DNA of 63,977 nucleotides, filler included, from Atractiella rhizophila (Eukaryota): assembly GCA_021432655.1 (NCBI GenBank). It is 10 parts of 10 records of this genome, joined end to end, with 100 filler letters (N's around TTAATTAATTAA, not from the genome) between each part and the next. Parts side by side here need not be neighbours in the genome. Positions count along the whole stretch, not along the records: positions 16,211 to 24,205 come from MU272180.1; positions 24,306 to 32,293 come from MU272181.1; positions 32,394 to 40,369 come from MU272182.1; 7 more parts are not named here. One strand, 5' to 3'. Both the position numbers and the translations under genes were made by a program. Positions 23,906 to 35,951 of this stretch are shown piece by piece. The notes below the pieces were generated by a model. That model was not told the origin of the DNA, searched no databases, and saw only the letters and a program-made list of their open reading frames with translations. Position 1 is the first letter of the stretch; every line of letters begins with the position of its first letter.

Positions 23906-24205
23906 ATGTCCCTCCCCCCAGGCTCTCAACTGGGGAGAGAGGACCCACCTGCATCTCCTTCCCCAGCTCCTGCTGCGAGGTTGGATGTTGATGTAGATTC
24001 CACATCAACATGGGCTGCAGCGATCCGCGACTACAATCACCCAGACTATGCAGACACCAACGCTCCTCTCACCCTCAAGACCCCGAAAGCCCAGAGATTC
24101 CTCGACAAACTCCTCCCCAACCCTCTCGATCACAAGGACCCCACCAAAGTAGTCCAACTGCTTAGGGACTTCTTAAACGACACTCGGAGACTCAAGAGAA
24201 ATGAG
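23906..24205 (+). CDS. 5' fragment of an ORF, possibly retroelement ORF1/gag
   Basis: Open from the ATG to the contig end, with a C/A-rich leader; no diagnostic motif. Confidence 0.3.
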
Positions 24206-24429
24206 NNNNNNNNNNNNNNNNNNNNNNNNNNNNNNNNNNNNNNNNNNNNTTAATTAATTAANNNNNNNNNNNNNNNNNNNNNNNNNNNNNNNNNNNNNNN
24301 NNNNNCTTCCCACCATCCTCCAAATGCCTCGTTGGAAGAAGAAAGGTCCGACAGAGGCTCAGGAGGTAGCTGCCCAGAAAGAAAAGGATTTTGTTGAGGC
24401 TGTAAATACTTATTGGGAAAGGAGAGAGG

Positions 24430-24970
24430 AGGCTAAGAGGACAAATAAAATAACCTGAAGGTGTCATCTCCTTCAGAGAGCTATCACACCAGTACTCCTA
24501 TCCAAATGGCAAGGGAGGGATTGTTTACATGAATTATGGGACACTGAAGCTGCGGTGTCAAGGAGGCTTAAGTCGCACCGAAAGTTATGAGCATCAGAGG
24601 CTGCTCAGTGCTGGAGAAGAAGATGTCCTTGTCAGCTGGCTTCGATGGGTTGGTGATTCCGGCCTACCTCTTCACCGGAGAGGCTTGAACTTAGTGGTCA
24701 AGAATATTATTGGAAGAGTACCAGGGAAGAAGTGGTATCCCAGTTTCAAATCCCTTTCATCCCAAACGTGCGACGGCATTTAATCGGACAAATCTGAATT
24801 CTTATTTTGATTTGATTGAGGAGACAATTCACAAGCATAAGACAAGATGGCGTGATGTTGCAAATATGGACAAGAGGGGATTGTAACTGGGAGGAGGTTG
24901 AAAGTTGGGGAAACAGCATGTTATTGGTGCTGCTGAGAGGAAATCGGCATATCGGGCAAAGGTGATTAAT
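24430..24970 (+). mobile_element. Degenerate pogo/Fot1-type transposase fragment
   Basis: CENP-B-like HTH (QRLLSAGEEDVLVSWLRWVGDSGLPL..PGKKWY) followed by YFDLIEETI..NMDKRGL*LGGG*K, with stops and frameshifts. Confidence 0.85.
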
Positions 24971-25789
24971 GGACTGAAGAGCAACTGACCTTCAACATTT
25001 ATGCAAGCTTTTCAACACTTCTGTCTGGAAACTTGTGGATTCACTCTTTCAGGACCTGTCAACTTGGTATATCTAACTTTTTCTTTGCTGGAGCTTTGGT
25101 GGTGGTGTTAAAGTAGAATATGGCTCCGGAGGTGAGTATTTTGATGATGTCAAGGGGGTTTGATGGGAGGTTTCGAGGCGGTCAAGTTGATCCCTCCCCA
25201 GCCCAGGTGCCTAGTGGGTCAGCGCTAGGGGAGGAAAGTAGCGATTTCAACTCAGCAGGTGTACGACTGGGGGTGGAGTGGAGGCTAGCCCAGCCCTCAA
25301 GAAAACCAACTCCCTTTCCTCCAGGGGTGGAAAGCATGAGTAGCCTTTCTCATAATCTTACACTGGAGGCTAATGCTCCAATATTTCCCCTCAGCAAGCA
25401 GAGAGACCAGTTTTCATCTAGCTTAATCACCTCCCATCATCCTTAGCGGCAATCCTCACTTCTTTGACTATACCTACTACTTCAGGTTTCCTGGTTGCTC
25501 GGCAGGGACTACTGGGGGATCGTTACTAGAACAGATGTCCAACCCGTTGTCTCTGTGGGAGAGGCTGGCAAGTCAGAGGACACAGCAGGGCAAATAACAG
25601 AAATATTTTCTGTTATTTGTGTGAAATTGTGTCTGTGCTCCTGCCTTGGTTCCAGATCCAGATTCAGCTGGAGTTCTCAGTCAAGGTGGAGGTCATCAAG
25701 CTGTCGATCTTTGAGTTTCAGGACTAGCATCAATACCCAATGTGTTTTCCTGTTAAGTCACTTGAACATAACGTATCATGTAATAAGGA

Positions 25790-26300
25790 CAAGTGAACAT
25801 TAAAAAGGGAAGCAAAAAAATACTCACCTTCATATAAGAAAATACAATACAATTTGCTATTACTTCACCATTATCCATCACATTTCAGGTGTGAGTAGGA
25901 TGAACACAAGACCTGAGAGCCGGCTACAATGACGTATAATTCATAATAAGAATGAGCGAATATTAAAAGCCGAGGAAAAAATACACACCTCATATATATC
26001 AAAAAAATACACTTCCCCAGTGTTTCGCCATTATCCATCGTGTTTTACATTTAAATAGCGCCAATGGGAGGCCAGAGATGCAGCTTCAACGACTTATAAT
26101 GTGTATTGAGACTGAGCGAATATTAAAAACGTGGATGACAAAATACCTCACATATCCATTGCTTTGCCATGATCCATCATATTTTAGACGTGAGTGTGGT
26201 AAGTGTGGGCCTGAGGGTTAGATATTACTACGTATAATGTGTAATAAGAGTGAGCAAATATCAGAAAAGTGAAGGAAAAAATACACACCGTATATATGTC
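25790..26300. repeat. Diverged AT-rich tandem repeat, ~140-160 bp, ~3.5 copies
   Basis: TGAGC(G/A)AATAT..AAAA..ATAC.CAC and CCAT(T/G)ATCCATC recur in units at ~25790, 25953, 26113 and 26251. Confidence 0.7.
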
Positions 26301-26303
26301 CAG

Positions 26304-28900
26304 TCATTTTGCTCCTATAACATTTCCAAGTCTTGCTGTCGTCCGTTGGCGCAAAGCATATGACGTCCCATTTGTAGAAGTGAATCGCTTCCATGTCTTC
26401 TTTCCATCCTTGCTGAGGAGTACATCAAACGCTCGCCCTGCGTCCAGGATCTCGAACTGGGTCTTGGCTAGTTGTGGGCCGTTGATGACTGCTGATTGAG
26501 TTGTTATCCTGCCGTTTGGTAAAGCTACTGATCCATTCCCAATTATCAGCTGTTTGACGGAAGGAGGGGGCAGGTTTCTTTGGTTCTTTAGATAACAGTC
26601 CTTGCTCATCAAATTTCCGGTCGCCCCCTCATCTATGATCGCCTGTGTTGATGCGAACCCTTCCTATGGCCCTATCTTAGCTGCTCCAACTTCGATAGTG
26701 ATACGAAACAACTTCCCTCTTGGCCACTTTGTTAGTGCTTCTGACTGTTCTTCCGTTGTCGCCTCTCAAGGAGCCTTTTGCAGCAGTTTGTATCCTTGTG
26801 CCAACGGTCTCTGTTCTTCGGTTTGGATTGGTATTCCTTCGTCCTCGTGCACTGCTCGGTTTGATGCTACCAATGTGCAAAGCGGTCGTGGTGGCAGCTG
26901 ACGGAGCCTCGCCTGTTGCCTCGTTCTGATTTTCAGTAGGCTTTCGTTTGATCCGTACTTGATTCTGAGTCGATTAATGCAGCTGGAGGGGTATGTGTGG
27001 CTGGTGCTGGAGGGGTATGTCAGAGTTTGGCACCGTTTTAAGCTGCATTCGTGCCACTGTCATTTGTGGCTCTAGTTTTCTTTCCCCTTTGCCGTTTCCC
27101 TCATTTTGCCAAGTTCCTTAAGGTATAAAAAGCCCATTATAACTTCATTGTAATTCATTCCTTTCGACCCTTGGAATCAACAGGGTATATGTGACTGGTG
27201 CCGTTTCCACATGCTCTGTTGCTGTACCTCTTCTGGATTTGCCCATGGTTGAACGTGCTTTGGTTGTTGCCACGCTATTGACTGTAACTATTGTCGGTGA
27301 GGAAGTTTGTTTTTGCCTTGATGGGAGTGTTTGCGTATTGGATGGGATAAGGTGGTGATATCTCTCAGTCTGATTCGTCGGTGTATTGTGTTTATCAGCA
27401 CGCTCTCCAGCCAGTACTGGTGATTCACTTACTCCCAAACCAGTGGTGGTATAGGAGGGCGTGCTCTTGCAAGGCTTAGGCAAGAGCCTGCACCCTCCCC
27501 CCAGTCGTTGCCCGCGGAATTACATTCGAAATGTCGACGGGACCTGTGCCGCTACAGGGGCCCGACGTTAGGACTTTTTCTATCCCTCTTTTCTCCAACC
27601 TCTCTACTAACTTCTTCGTCCAGTGCAGGAACAACCCATTTATTTGGATGAATGAGGAGATTGAATTCTTGATGGGAGTAACAACAGGCATTTCCCTTTT
27701 CTCTAGAATGTTTGACCATCCTGCCACCTCACCTATCCTTGCCTTAGATGCTGGATACGGAAGATGATGAGTGGACTGCATCAGTTTGCAGGACGTAGGT
27801 ACTCGCCTTTCTTCGTCGTGAACATGCACTTCCATCTTTCCGTCACTTCATCCTCTGCCTCCTTGTCCCTTCCCATTCCACCGACCTCTGCTCGCCATCT
27901 TGAATCAGGAAAAACTTCTGGCTCCTGCAGCTCCATCGAAATTGCTTTTCAATTTGGGGGACCGACGGCATGTTACTACGGTGGCTTCTACCTCCCCATT
28001 CCATACCGCAAATGTTGCAGTCGTTTGAGTTGGAAGGGTCCCCGGCGAGAGGGGAAACGAGGGAAACGGTTTATGGGAGATGCTGCTATGCCCCGTCAAC
28101 GAATCGTTTGAACATGGCATTGTATGCTGCTCGCTCATTTGAAAGGCAGTCTCTCCACGCTCCGTGTTCGATTCTGGTTGGAATTAGGGGTGAAGATAGT
28201 CGGGGTTCAATGATCGTTCGGTGTGTTGCGAGGGTAAGTTGTTGAAATGATGGGTTCGAACGGTTCTGCGTAAAGGGTTGCTAAGGCTTGAGTGATATCT
28301 TACTGCTTTTCCATATCGCGAACATCTCCTCCTTCTCCCTTGCTCTCTCCTCCTTCTCTTTCAATCACTCCTCTTTTTCCTTTCTGGCTTCTCTAAGGTC
28401 CGGCCCCAGCTTCACAACCGTATCCACTACTTCTCTAACCGTCATAAGGCCGATGAAGTGGGTTCGGATAGTTCGGCGGAATGAGAGTATGACTCACATT
28501 AACCGGTCCATTATACCCCTGGGGGCCATTTCTCATCAAAGTTCTGGGCTGTTCCGGCGCTCCATATTTTGTTTCTGCACCTTGCTGGATCCGACAGGTC
28601 TTACAGAGTGTTTGGGGATGGCAAGGTGCTTTTAAACCACATTTACCTCCTCACTTTTGAACTTCGGCCGCGTCGTGAGATCCGATTTTGACAGCTCTCA
28701 GCATCCGATGGACTCATCAAGTCTCGGCGAGGAAGAAGGAAAGAGAGCCAGGGTTACTCCGGGTTGACTGTTTGGGGTGTCGTAGCATGGTGTGACCGGA
28801 AGTCGCGCTGTTGTCCTTTCCCATGTTCTCCTTGTGAGTGTTGTTGCTATTGCATGGCACGCTGTCCGCGCCGTTTGCTCCTTCATTTTCCCTTGTCAGG
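26304..28900 (-). mobile_element. Degenerate Ty3/gypsy-like retrotransposon gag-protease region
   Basis: Retropepsin-like QAIIDEGATGNLMS...IIGNGS...FEILDAGRAFDVLLSK at ~26410-26645; upstream broken gag-like ORFs; the 5' part is repeated at 4970-5320. Confidence 0.65.
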
Positions 28901-29988
28901 CCAGCCTTCATGCGGAATCACATCCTTGCGCATGTACTAATAGAACGTGCCAGCCAAACCTGTCCCGAAACAGGACGTTTGCAGTTTAAGGAGCAGCGCT
29001 AACCCTCGCTGACAGCAGCGGGCTCCAGCGGGCTCCAGAGGGCCTTGCTTCACGGTCGTGGATTGACATTGCTGGAACTTTCGTGGACTGGTTCGTCGAC
29101 GGAGTTGCACCGCGTCAGCCCAACATGCGATCAGGAAGGCCACGCTCCACGCTCCCATTTCAATGCTCCTAAATTTCAGTCTGAGGTGCATGCAAGAAGC
29201 GAGCTCTCCCATTTAAATAGTACTTCAAAGAAAGGCCATCAACCTGCTCTGGCTTATATCCGTACACTGGGTCAAGTTTTAAAAAGAAGAGAAATCCTCA
29301 TAAACGTTATCTGTCCAACGGATTCTGGGTGTGTGGCCTATATTTTGCTGAACCCTTCTCAATTTCGATGCTATGTTTTCAAAATTCCAGGGAAACGCTC
29401 ATCGTGGGACTCATTTTAAGTCAAAACAGAACTAATTCAGAGACGCTTTGCGGTACGGTACTCTAATCTGCCGTGGGGTTGAGCAAACATTAAAGGGGGG
29501 GAGAGCCACCTTCAAAACTGCAAATCACGATTGCGCTCGGAATAGATCCTAATCCAACTGTGAACAGCGCCAATGAAAGCGCTAGCCACACATGTTTAGA
29601 AAGTACTCTCTATGGGAATTTTCGTTGCAAAGTAAAATAATCGAAGAATGAAAACCTCACCTCAAAATTTCAAACTACAGTTAATCACCACACTATCAAA
29701 TTTCGCTGTAGATAGTTCTGTACTGGAACAGGAATGCCTTTGAGTTGACGGAATAGGCGGGATAAATGAAGGGGAGCAAGAAAGCATATCACCGCCTTTC
29801 AGATTGTGTGAAATGAATGGATCAACAATGCAAATTTTAACTATAATTGAAGTCGTAGTAACGGATTCCTTAGGACAAAGTAAGTCAAGAGCCTCGCCGT
29901 CATCTGCAAAGTCAAAATTAGTGAGACACTCTCACATTTATCACCACTGCGACATTAAGACTAGAAATAAAGCCATACAAATTAGCGC

Positions 29989-31067
29989 TTATGTGTTAAG
30001 TCTAGCCAATACCCGTACCCCACACCCTCTCAAACACCTCGCCGTCACCCTGAACCACTCCCAGCCGTTAAACTGCCCCTCTTTTGATGTCTCTCCTCTC
30101 ACAGCCGTCATCCAGGTACAAGCTGTCCCGCAATCAATGCTGACCACGTAGCTGAGGTGGAAAGGGCCCGACTTGTGCAGTAACATATCAGTTAGTGAGA
30201 TCATGACAAGAAAAGATGAAAGCATACCTTTTATGCTGTTACTTACATCATCACGGCCATTGCGAGGGCATATTAAACCTAAAGAGAGTGTGAGAGGAGG
30301 GCAAACGGGCAGGAGAGAGCGACGAGACAATGAGACAGAGGGATTAGGGTTGTGCCCGTAGGAACCCTCGTTCGTTGACAAAGCAAGGGGTTTGAACGAC
30401 CCGCTTTCATGTTGGAGCAGAACGGGGTCCGGGTGGAGCGGGAACCGGTAATTCAGCTGTTGGACGTAGAGAGTTTGTGTCTGGGCACTCCGAACCGGGT
30501 CATACAGCGAGCGACTAACTCCCAGCGCTGCAGATGCAGATGGCAGCCAGCCGTTGCTTAAGGTGGTGTCGTGCTGTTGAGACCTAGCCTCTTCCTCTGT
30601 CCCACGCATTCCAGTTGGATGCAGTCTCTTCATGTGTCTTCTGAGATTACTACGGACATTGAACCGCCTCTTGCATTTAGGGCAGCTGTGAGGCTGTTCG
30701 CCGGAATGGGTAAATATGTGTGTCTGGAGGGCTGAGGGACGGGCAAATGATCGGGCACAGAGCGGACAGCCATCTACAAGGGGGCTCAGCTTCGCTTCTT
30801 GTGCGTAGTGTAGGTCTCACGACGCTTTGGTTCCTCTTTTTGTGTGCTCCCCCGGGCTGCTACACCAGTGGAGTGCCGACCAGGGCGATGTATTCCCACG
30901 GTTGGAGGAAGCAAAGCCTCTATCCCTTGACCGCAGTGCATTTGGAAATGTGAGCTATGGCGAGTGGCGTGTGCGTGTTCAGCCCCTTGAGGATTCAGCC
31001 ACGGAGCGTCAGTCGACAACGGGACACAAGTGGACGGTGCTGTCAGTCTTGATGGAGCCGAGGACAT
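29989..31067 (-). CDS. C2H2 zinc-finger transcription factor (two fingers); 3' end uncertain
   Basis: After intron 30774-30820 the frame reads KRHGCPLCARSFARPSALQTHIFTHSGEQPHSCPKCKRRFNVRSNLRRHMKRLH. Confidence 0.85.
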
Positions 31068-31772
31068 GGCCCATTGAAACTGTGATAGCGCACCTGTTCA
31101 TCATGTTTGGTTTCTTCTGCTTGGTAGGGGTCCATATTAGTTTGGGCGATGGATGGAGGGGTATCAAATGCGATGACCTCGATTCTAGCTATTTGTCATT
31201 CCAAGAGGCTGAGACTGCAGATCTGAAGGAACAAAGAGCAGGCCCAGAACAGGCATGCGACCACGAAGGTTTCCGTTAAAAAGAAGTGTCATAGCTTGCA
31301 TATTCAGAGCGAAGATAGCCTACCCATTACGTCACCTGATTTGTTAAGGCTCACGAAAATCATCTGTGCGAAGCTTTGTGCGTTTTTATTTAACCCTAAC
31401 TTTGCAACCTTGAAGGTAGTCTGTGCAGACTGCCGGTAGTATTCAGTTAAGCTCGACGTATCTCCACCGGTCAGGGATCGTCAGCCTTCTTTCTAGCGTC
31501 TGGGGCAATGCAAATCTCCCTTGCAGATTAGGCGCTTGGATTTTTGGCGGCAGTTCATCACAGATGGTTCACCAAAGTCTTGCAAAATGCCATTCCCGCA
31601 CCCACACGTTCAGACCAAGGAAACGTTTTGTTTTGAAATGATTTGTGCCAAAAATGTCACTTTTGGACCAGTTTTTAACGCTGATGGCGGCGACGAGGCA
31701 CAGACGAGGTCTTTTAGTATTACTGCATCTCTCCTCTGTGTTCCTCAAAGAAAATCATTCGCTTTAACCTTG

Positions 31773-31838
31773 ATCTGTAGATCTGTAGAAGATCATCTGT
31801 AGATCTGCAGAAGATCATCTGTAGATCTGTAGAAGATC
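31773..31838. repeat. 22-bp minisatellite, ~3 copies
   Basis: Repeated AGATCTG(T/C)AGAAGATCATCTGT. Confidence 0.85.
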
Positions 31839-32393
31839 AGTTCGTCCTCAATGCTTATGATCATCTCTCCTAGTTTGAGGAGTGGAAAGATTAGATTAAC
31901 AACCATGCCAAAACCAGGTACCAACTTACCAGGTCAGCGCTCGTCATGGTCCACCAAGATCAACACGCACTGTTTCAGTTCCATGAACAATACCCAAAGC
32001 TTGAACATGTCTTGCTGGCGAGGATCGTATGGCTGTCAAACAGGACCCCGGAATATCCGCTCAGAGCTCAGATCTGATTGTGTCCAATCTGAGTCAAAAT
32101 TCCTTGGAGGTCAGGTTGTTTTGAGTCCAAAATGGAGTTTTTGCATGTCGTATCTTCGACGAGAATGTGTCCAAAATGGCCTTCCAACTGAGGTAATGTC
32201 ATCAAGTTCCCACCACAGCATCATGCCTAAGTCGTACCAAGATCTTAATCTGTTTCTGGCCGCTGTTGGCGGCGAAGAAAATCGTTTAGCAAANNNNNNN
32301 NNNNNNNNNNNNNNNNNNNNNNNNNNNNNNNNNNNNNTTAATTAATTAANNNNNNNNNNNNNNNNNNNNNNNNNNNNNNNNNNNNNNNNNNNN

Positions 32394-32550
32394 GTTGTCA
32401 GTTGCACCATTTCCAACTGACAGCAACCAATTAGCAAAGTCAGAAGCGATAGCAAAGTCATCAGCTGCCATATCAGCCTGGTGACGGACACTGACACACT
32501 TGTTTTCTTTAAGTACGACCACCTCGACAACGACACTCCTTGTGCACATC
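32394..32550 (-). mobile_element. Helitron/PIF1-like helicase fragment
   Basis: VVVLKENK..V...ASDFANWLLSVGNG resembles the PIF1 'LxxNMR...FaxWLlxiGxG' motif. Confidence 0.65.
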
Positions 32551-32754
32551 CCTCAACTCAACAACAACCAGCGCCACCCACCTTCCTCTACGACTTCCTC
32601 CACCCATCCCTACATTGAGTATCATCCAACAGGCACACCTGTCTTTAGGTGGATGACAAGATGCGCACAGGACCTTGTGCGTTCAAGATCAAGTATGTTC
32701 CTCTCATTTTGTGGTTAAATGGTTTATATTTACATAGCTTCTGACTCAACCTGC

Positions 32755-33565
32755 GTACTGTCCCCTCCACTGTCCGCTCTGTGCCCTCCGCTCTCTGCGC
32801 TGCCATCTCACCGTGCGTTCTGTCCCTCTGCTGTCCGCTCTCCACCCTGACTCTCGCCCTCGGCTCTCACCGTCCGTCCAACCTCGCTCTCTCACCCTTT
32901 GCCCTCTGCCACTTTGCTCTCTGCCACCCTCCCCATCCTCTCAATCTAACTCTCCACCGTCCGCTCTCACCATACTCCACCGTCGTTCTGTGGGCCGCAC
33001 TCTCACCCTGCGCATTCCACCCTCGGTTCTCCTACTCGCTCTCCCACTCACTTACCTCCCTACACTCTTGCATGCCTTTTGCGATCTCACCCTTCGCCAT
33101 CTGCTCTCCACCCTCGTTCTCGCCCTCGCTCTCCAGGATCCACTCTCACCGTCCGCTCTCACTGCCCGCTCGCTCACCGCCTTCCGTTCTCGCTCTCTGC
33201 CCTGCACTGTGCGGTCGATTTTGATTGCCTGGATGTAGGTTAAATTAGCTGGTGGATGGGAGGTGCGAGAAGGACAGGGAAGGCAAGCGAGGGCGAACGA
33301 TGAGAACGAAGGCAGGAGAGCAGAAGCGAGGGGGAGAGTGGAAGGTGAGAACGACGGCGAGAGCGGAAGGCAAGAATGGAGGCGGAGAGCGACTGCAAGA
33401 GTGGACAGCAAGAACAGAGGGAGAGCAAAAGTGAGAGTGGACGGTGAGAACACAGTGGCAGAGCAAAAGCGAGGTGGAGAGCGGAAGGCGAGAACAGAGA
33501 GCAAGAGCAGGAGCAGGAGCGGAGAGCAGCAAGCGAGAGCACAAGCGGAGGGGGGGAGCGGTCCG
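32755..33565. repeat. Opposed pyrimidine-rich and purine-rich degenerate minisatellite arms
   Basis: CTCACCGTCCGCTCTC-type units at 32760-33210 face GAGAGTGGACGGTGAG-type units at 33255-33560. Confidence 0.6.
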
Positions 33566-34628
33566 TTCATGACGGAGGGGGTCAGGCACCACATGGATAG
33601 GATGTGGCGAGCACATTCCCATGTGACTCCCGTACAACTAAGTGTCCTCCTGTCCCTTCCGCTCCCACACTTTCCAATGTACACGTACTCACGTCATTCA
33701 CAGGTTTTACGGCTCCACACTTGTATATCCCCTCTGCTCCCCTTGCCTCGACCACCCCTCCAGTTTCATTTCAGGCTCTATCGCTGCATTCAACCTCGCC
33801 ACAACCATGGCCATCGGCAATTAATCGAGAATCATGGAGAGAGTGACAGGTGGTGAAGGAGTACAAAGCCAAGGACAAAAGGGGTGAGTGAGTATGATGA
33901 GCTCCCACTAGCATCACCGCTAGTTTAAACAGTATTGTAATTCAAGAGTATTGCAATTGATATCTGTTCACTTTACATCTACTATCTACTATGAGGCCTA
34001 TAAGGGATCCTTACATATCCTATGAAGCATATTGAGAAGGCATTATGAAAGGTAAGCTCCAATGAAGACCTCTCCAGTGGAGGTTCTCAAAGGTTAATTG
34101 GAAGTCCAATCCCAAAGGCGCCAAAGGTACCTATGAAGCCTATCATAGGCGGATACCTTCCCAGCAAAGGCAGACACCTTCCCAGGAGCCAATGGACCTA
34201 TCATACCTATTATAGGTCATCATTGGCTCAAAGGCATGGTGTCAGATTTTGCTGATGTTGGTCATGCTGTGGGCATTTGCACATGAGACTGGCGAAACGC
34301 GGAGGGAAAGAAGATGCAATGCGAGGGAGACTACGCTGCGCCCCTGAAAACTTAAGGTGCCGGAAGTAGCAAGCATCGGCAACGTACAACACCCCATACA
34401 ACACCGGTACCGAAGGTCACCTGACCTGTGTTTCAAGTTCTTGTGAGGACAAATTTTCTTCCGTTCTCCTTTAGCCATCGTAACGTCAGTCAATCCCTTC
34501 ATAGCAATTATGCTAGCGTTATCTCCCCCGCTTCGTTAGGGGAAGCGATGTTTACTTTTGGTAATGTAGTTTACATTGACTTCCCAGAGCTACGTTGACT
34601 ACAGTCTGACAGCTCTTTAATATGATTA

Positions 34629-34655
34629 CAACAACAACAACAACAACAACAACAA
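34629..34655. repeat. (CAA)n microsatellite
   Basis: About 9 CAA units. Confidence 0.9.
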
Positions 34656-35951
34656 AAATTAACTCCTCAGTGGGAAGGAGTGCTATCAAAAATCTGTTTT
34701 GTAGTTTTCATCTAAGGCCTTAATAAAGCATATTTACAAGAGGGATAGTCCATAGAGTCAATATTGTAGGTTGAGTTTGAGGTTCTGCCACTTAGGTTGG
34801 GACTAGGTGGTTCGCACCATAGCGGCTATCGTACCGGATCGTACTGAGAAGGAGAATATCCGGACAGTACGTGACCCCATCCCGGCCCGTATCGTACCGT
34901 ACTATGTTTTCAAACTTTGAGACGGACAATTTCCAGCAAAAAAGGCGGACTACGGCCATAGTGCAAAGTTGTGTAAAGCTAACTTTCTTCGCTGAAAATT
35001 TCTTCGCTGAAAATTACCCGCCAATAGCAGTGATATTGCTCTGATATTGCCGAATTGGCTTTTTTAACTTGTATGAAATATAAACTTGGTTGAAATTTAA
35101 TGCTTGGCGACGCGCAGTCACTACTATCCCTTACGGGGCCATGGGGTACCCTGACAAATGGGGTACCTCACTCAAATGACTATAACTCCCTCAGATCGTA
35201 TTTGCATGCTTTCCCCTTGCAGATGCAGCATATCATACTTGTAGTGAATGATTTTATGCATCAAAATAGCAAAGAAAAGGTACCAAAATTGAGAAATTCA
35301 TAAAAAAATGCGGGAGACAGCTGTTTTTATGCAATTACTCAACACTCCTGGGACTCTTTGGCTTGAAAATCGATACCCAAGTTCTATGACATTACAGTTA
35401 CTGATAGCACCACTTGAAATACAAACCCAACATTAGGTTACTGAGATATACAAATACCTCACGGTGAGGAGCGCAAAAATCACGTGAACTGAGCAAACTG
35501 TCTGCGCAGACCCAAAATGAAAGGGAAGACGACATGTGCGGCCCTGCACAAAGCGCCAAGTTTTACAACCAGTGTGGGTCACTGGTACCCCTTTGGTCAG
35601 TAAAAATGCCTCCCTTTTTGAAGGAGGATTACTCCTTCAGTACTCAACAGATTTGCACAAAAAGTGGATAGAAATCTGCAGAAGAAGCTGAACTTTCAGT
35701 CAATGTTTTCTTGGAACCTCCAAGTCCACTGTCCACTCATGATCGATAGGTTTACAAAAAAGTTGCCCTGCTAAATTAGGTGCCCCAAATGTCTGTAAGG
35801 CATAGATAGTACTGGTGATAAAGGGTAATCCACTTAATAGTTGAGGTAAGATCACATGATAAAGACAAAATTTTTACACTTTGCCTGAAATGGCTATTTG
35901 GAGCGGTTTTGAATTAGGAAACTTAAAGTTAAGATGTCAAGAAGGCTGCAT

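Noticed and set aside
33950..35950. Motif-rich non-coding DNA (CCTAT, GTACC, GGTACCC repeats)
   Set aside because: Probably nested transposon ends, but no paired termini or TSD could be defined.
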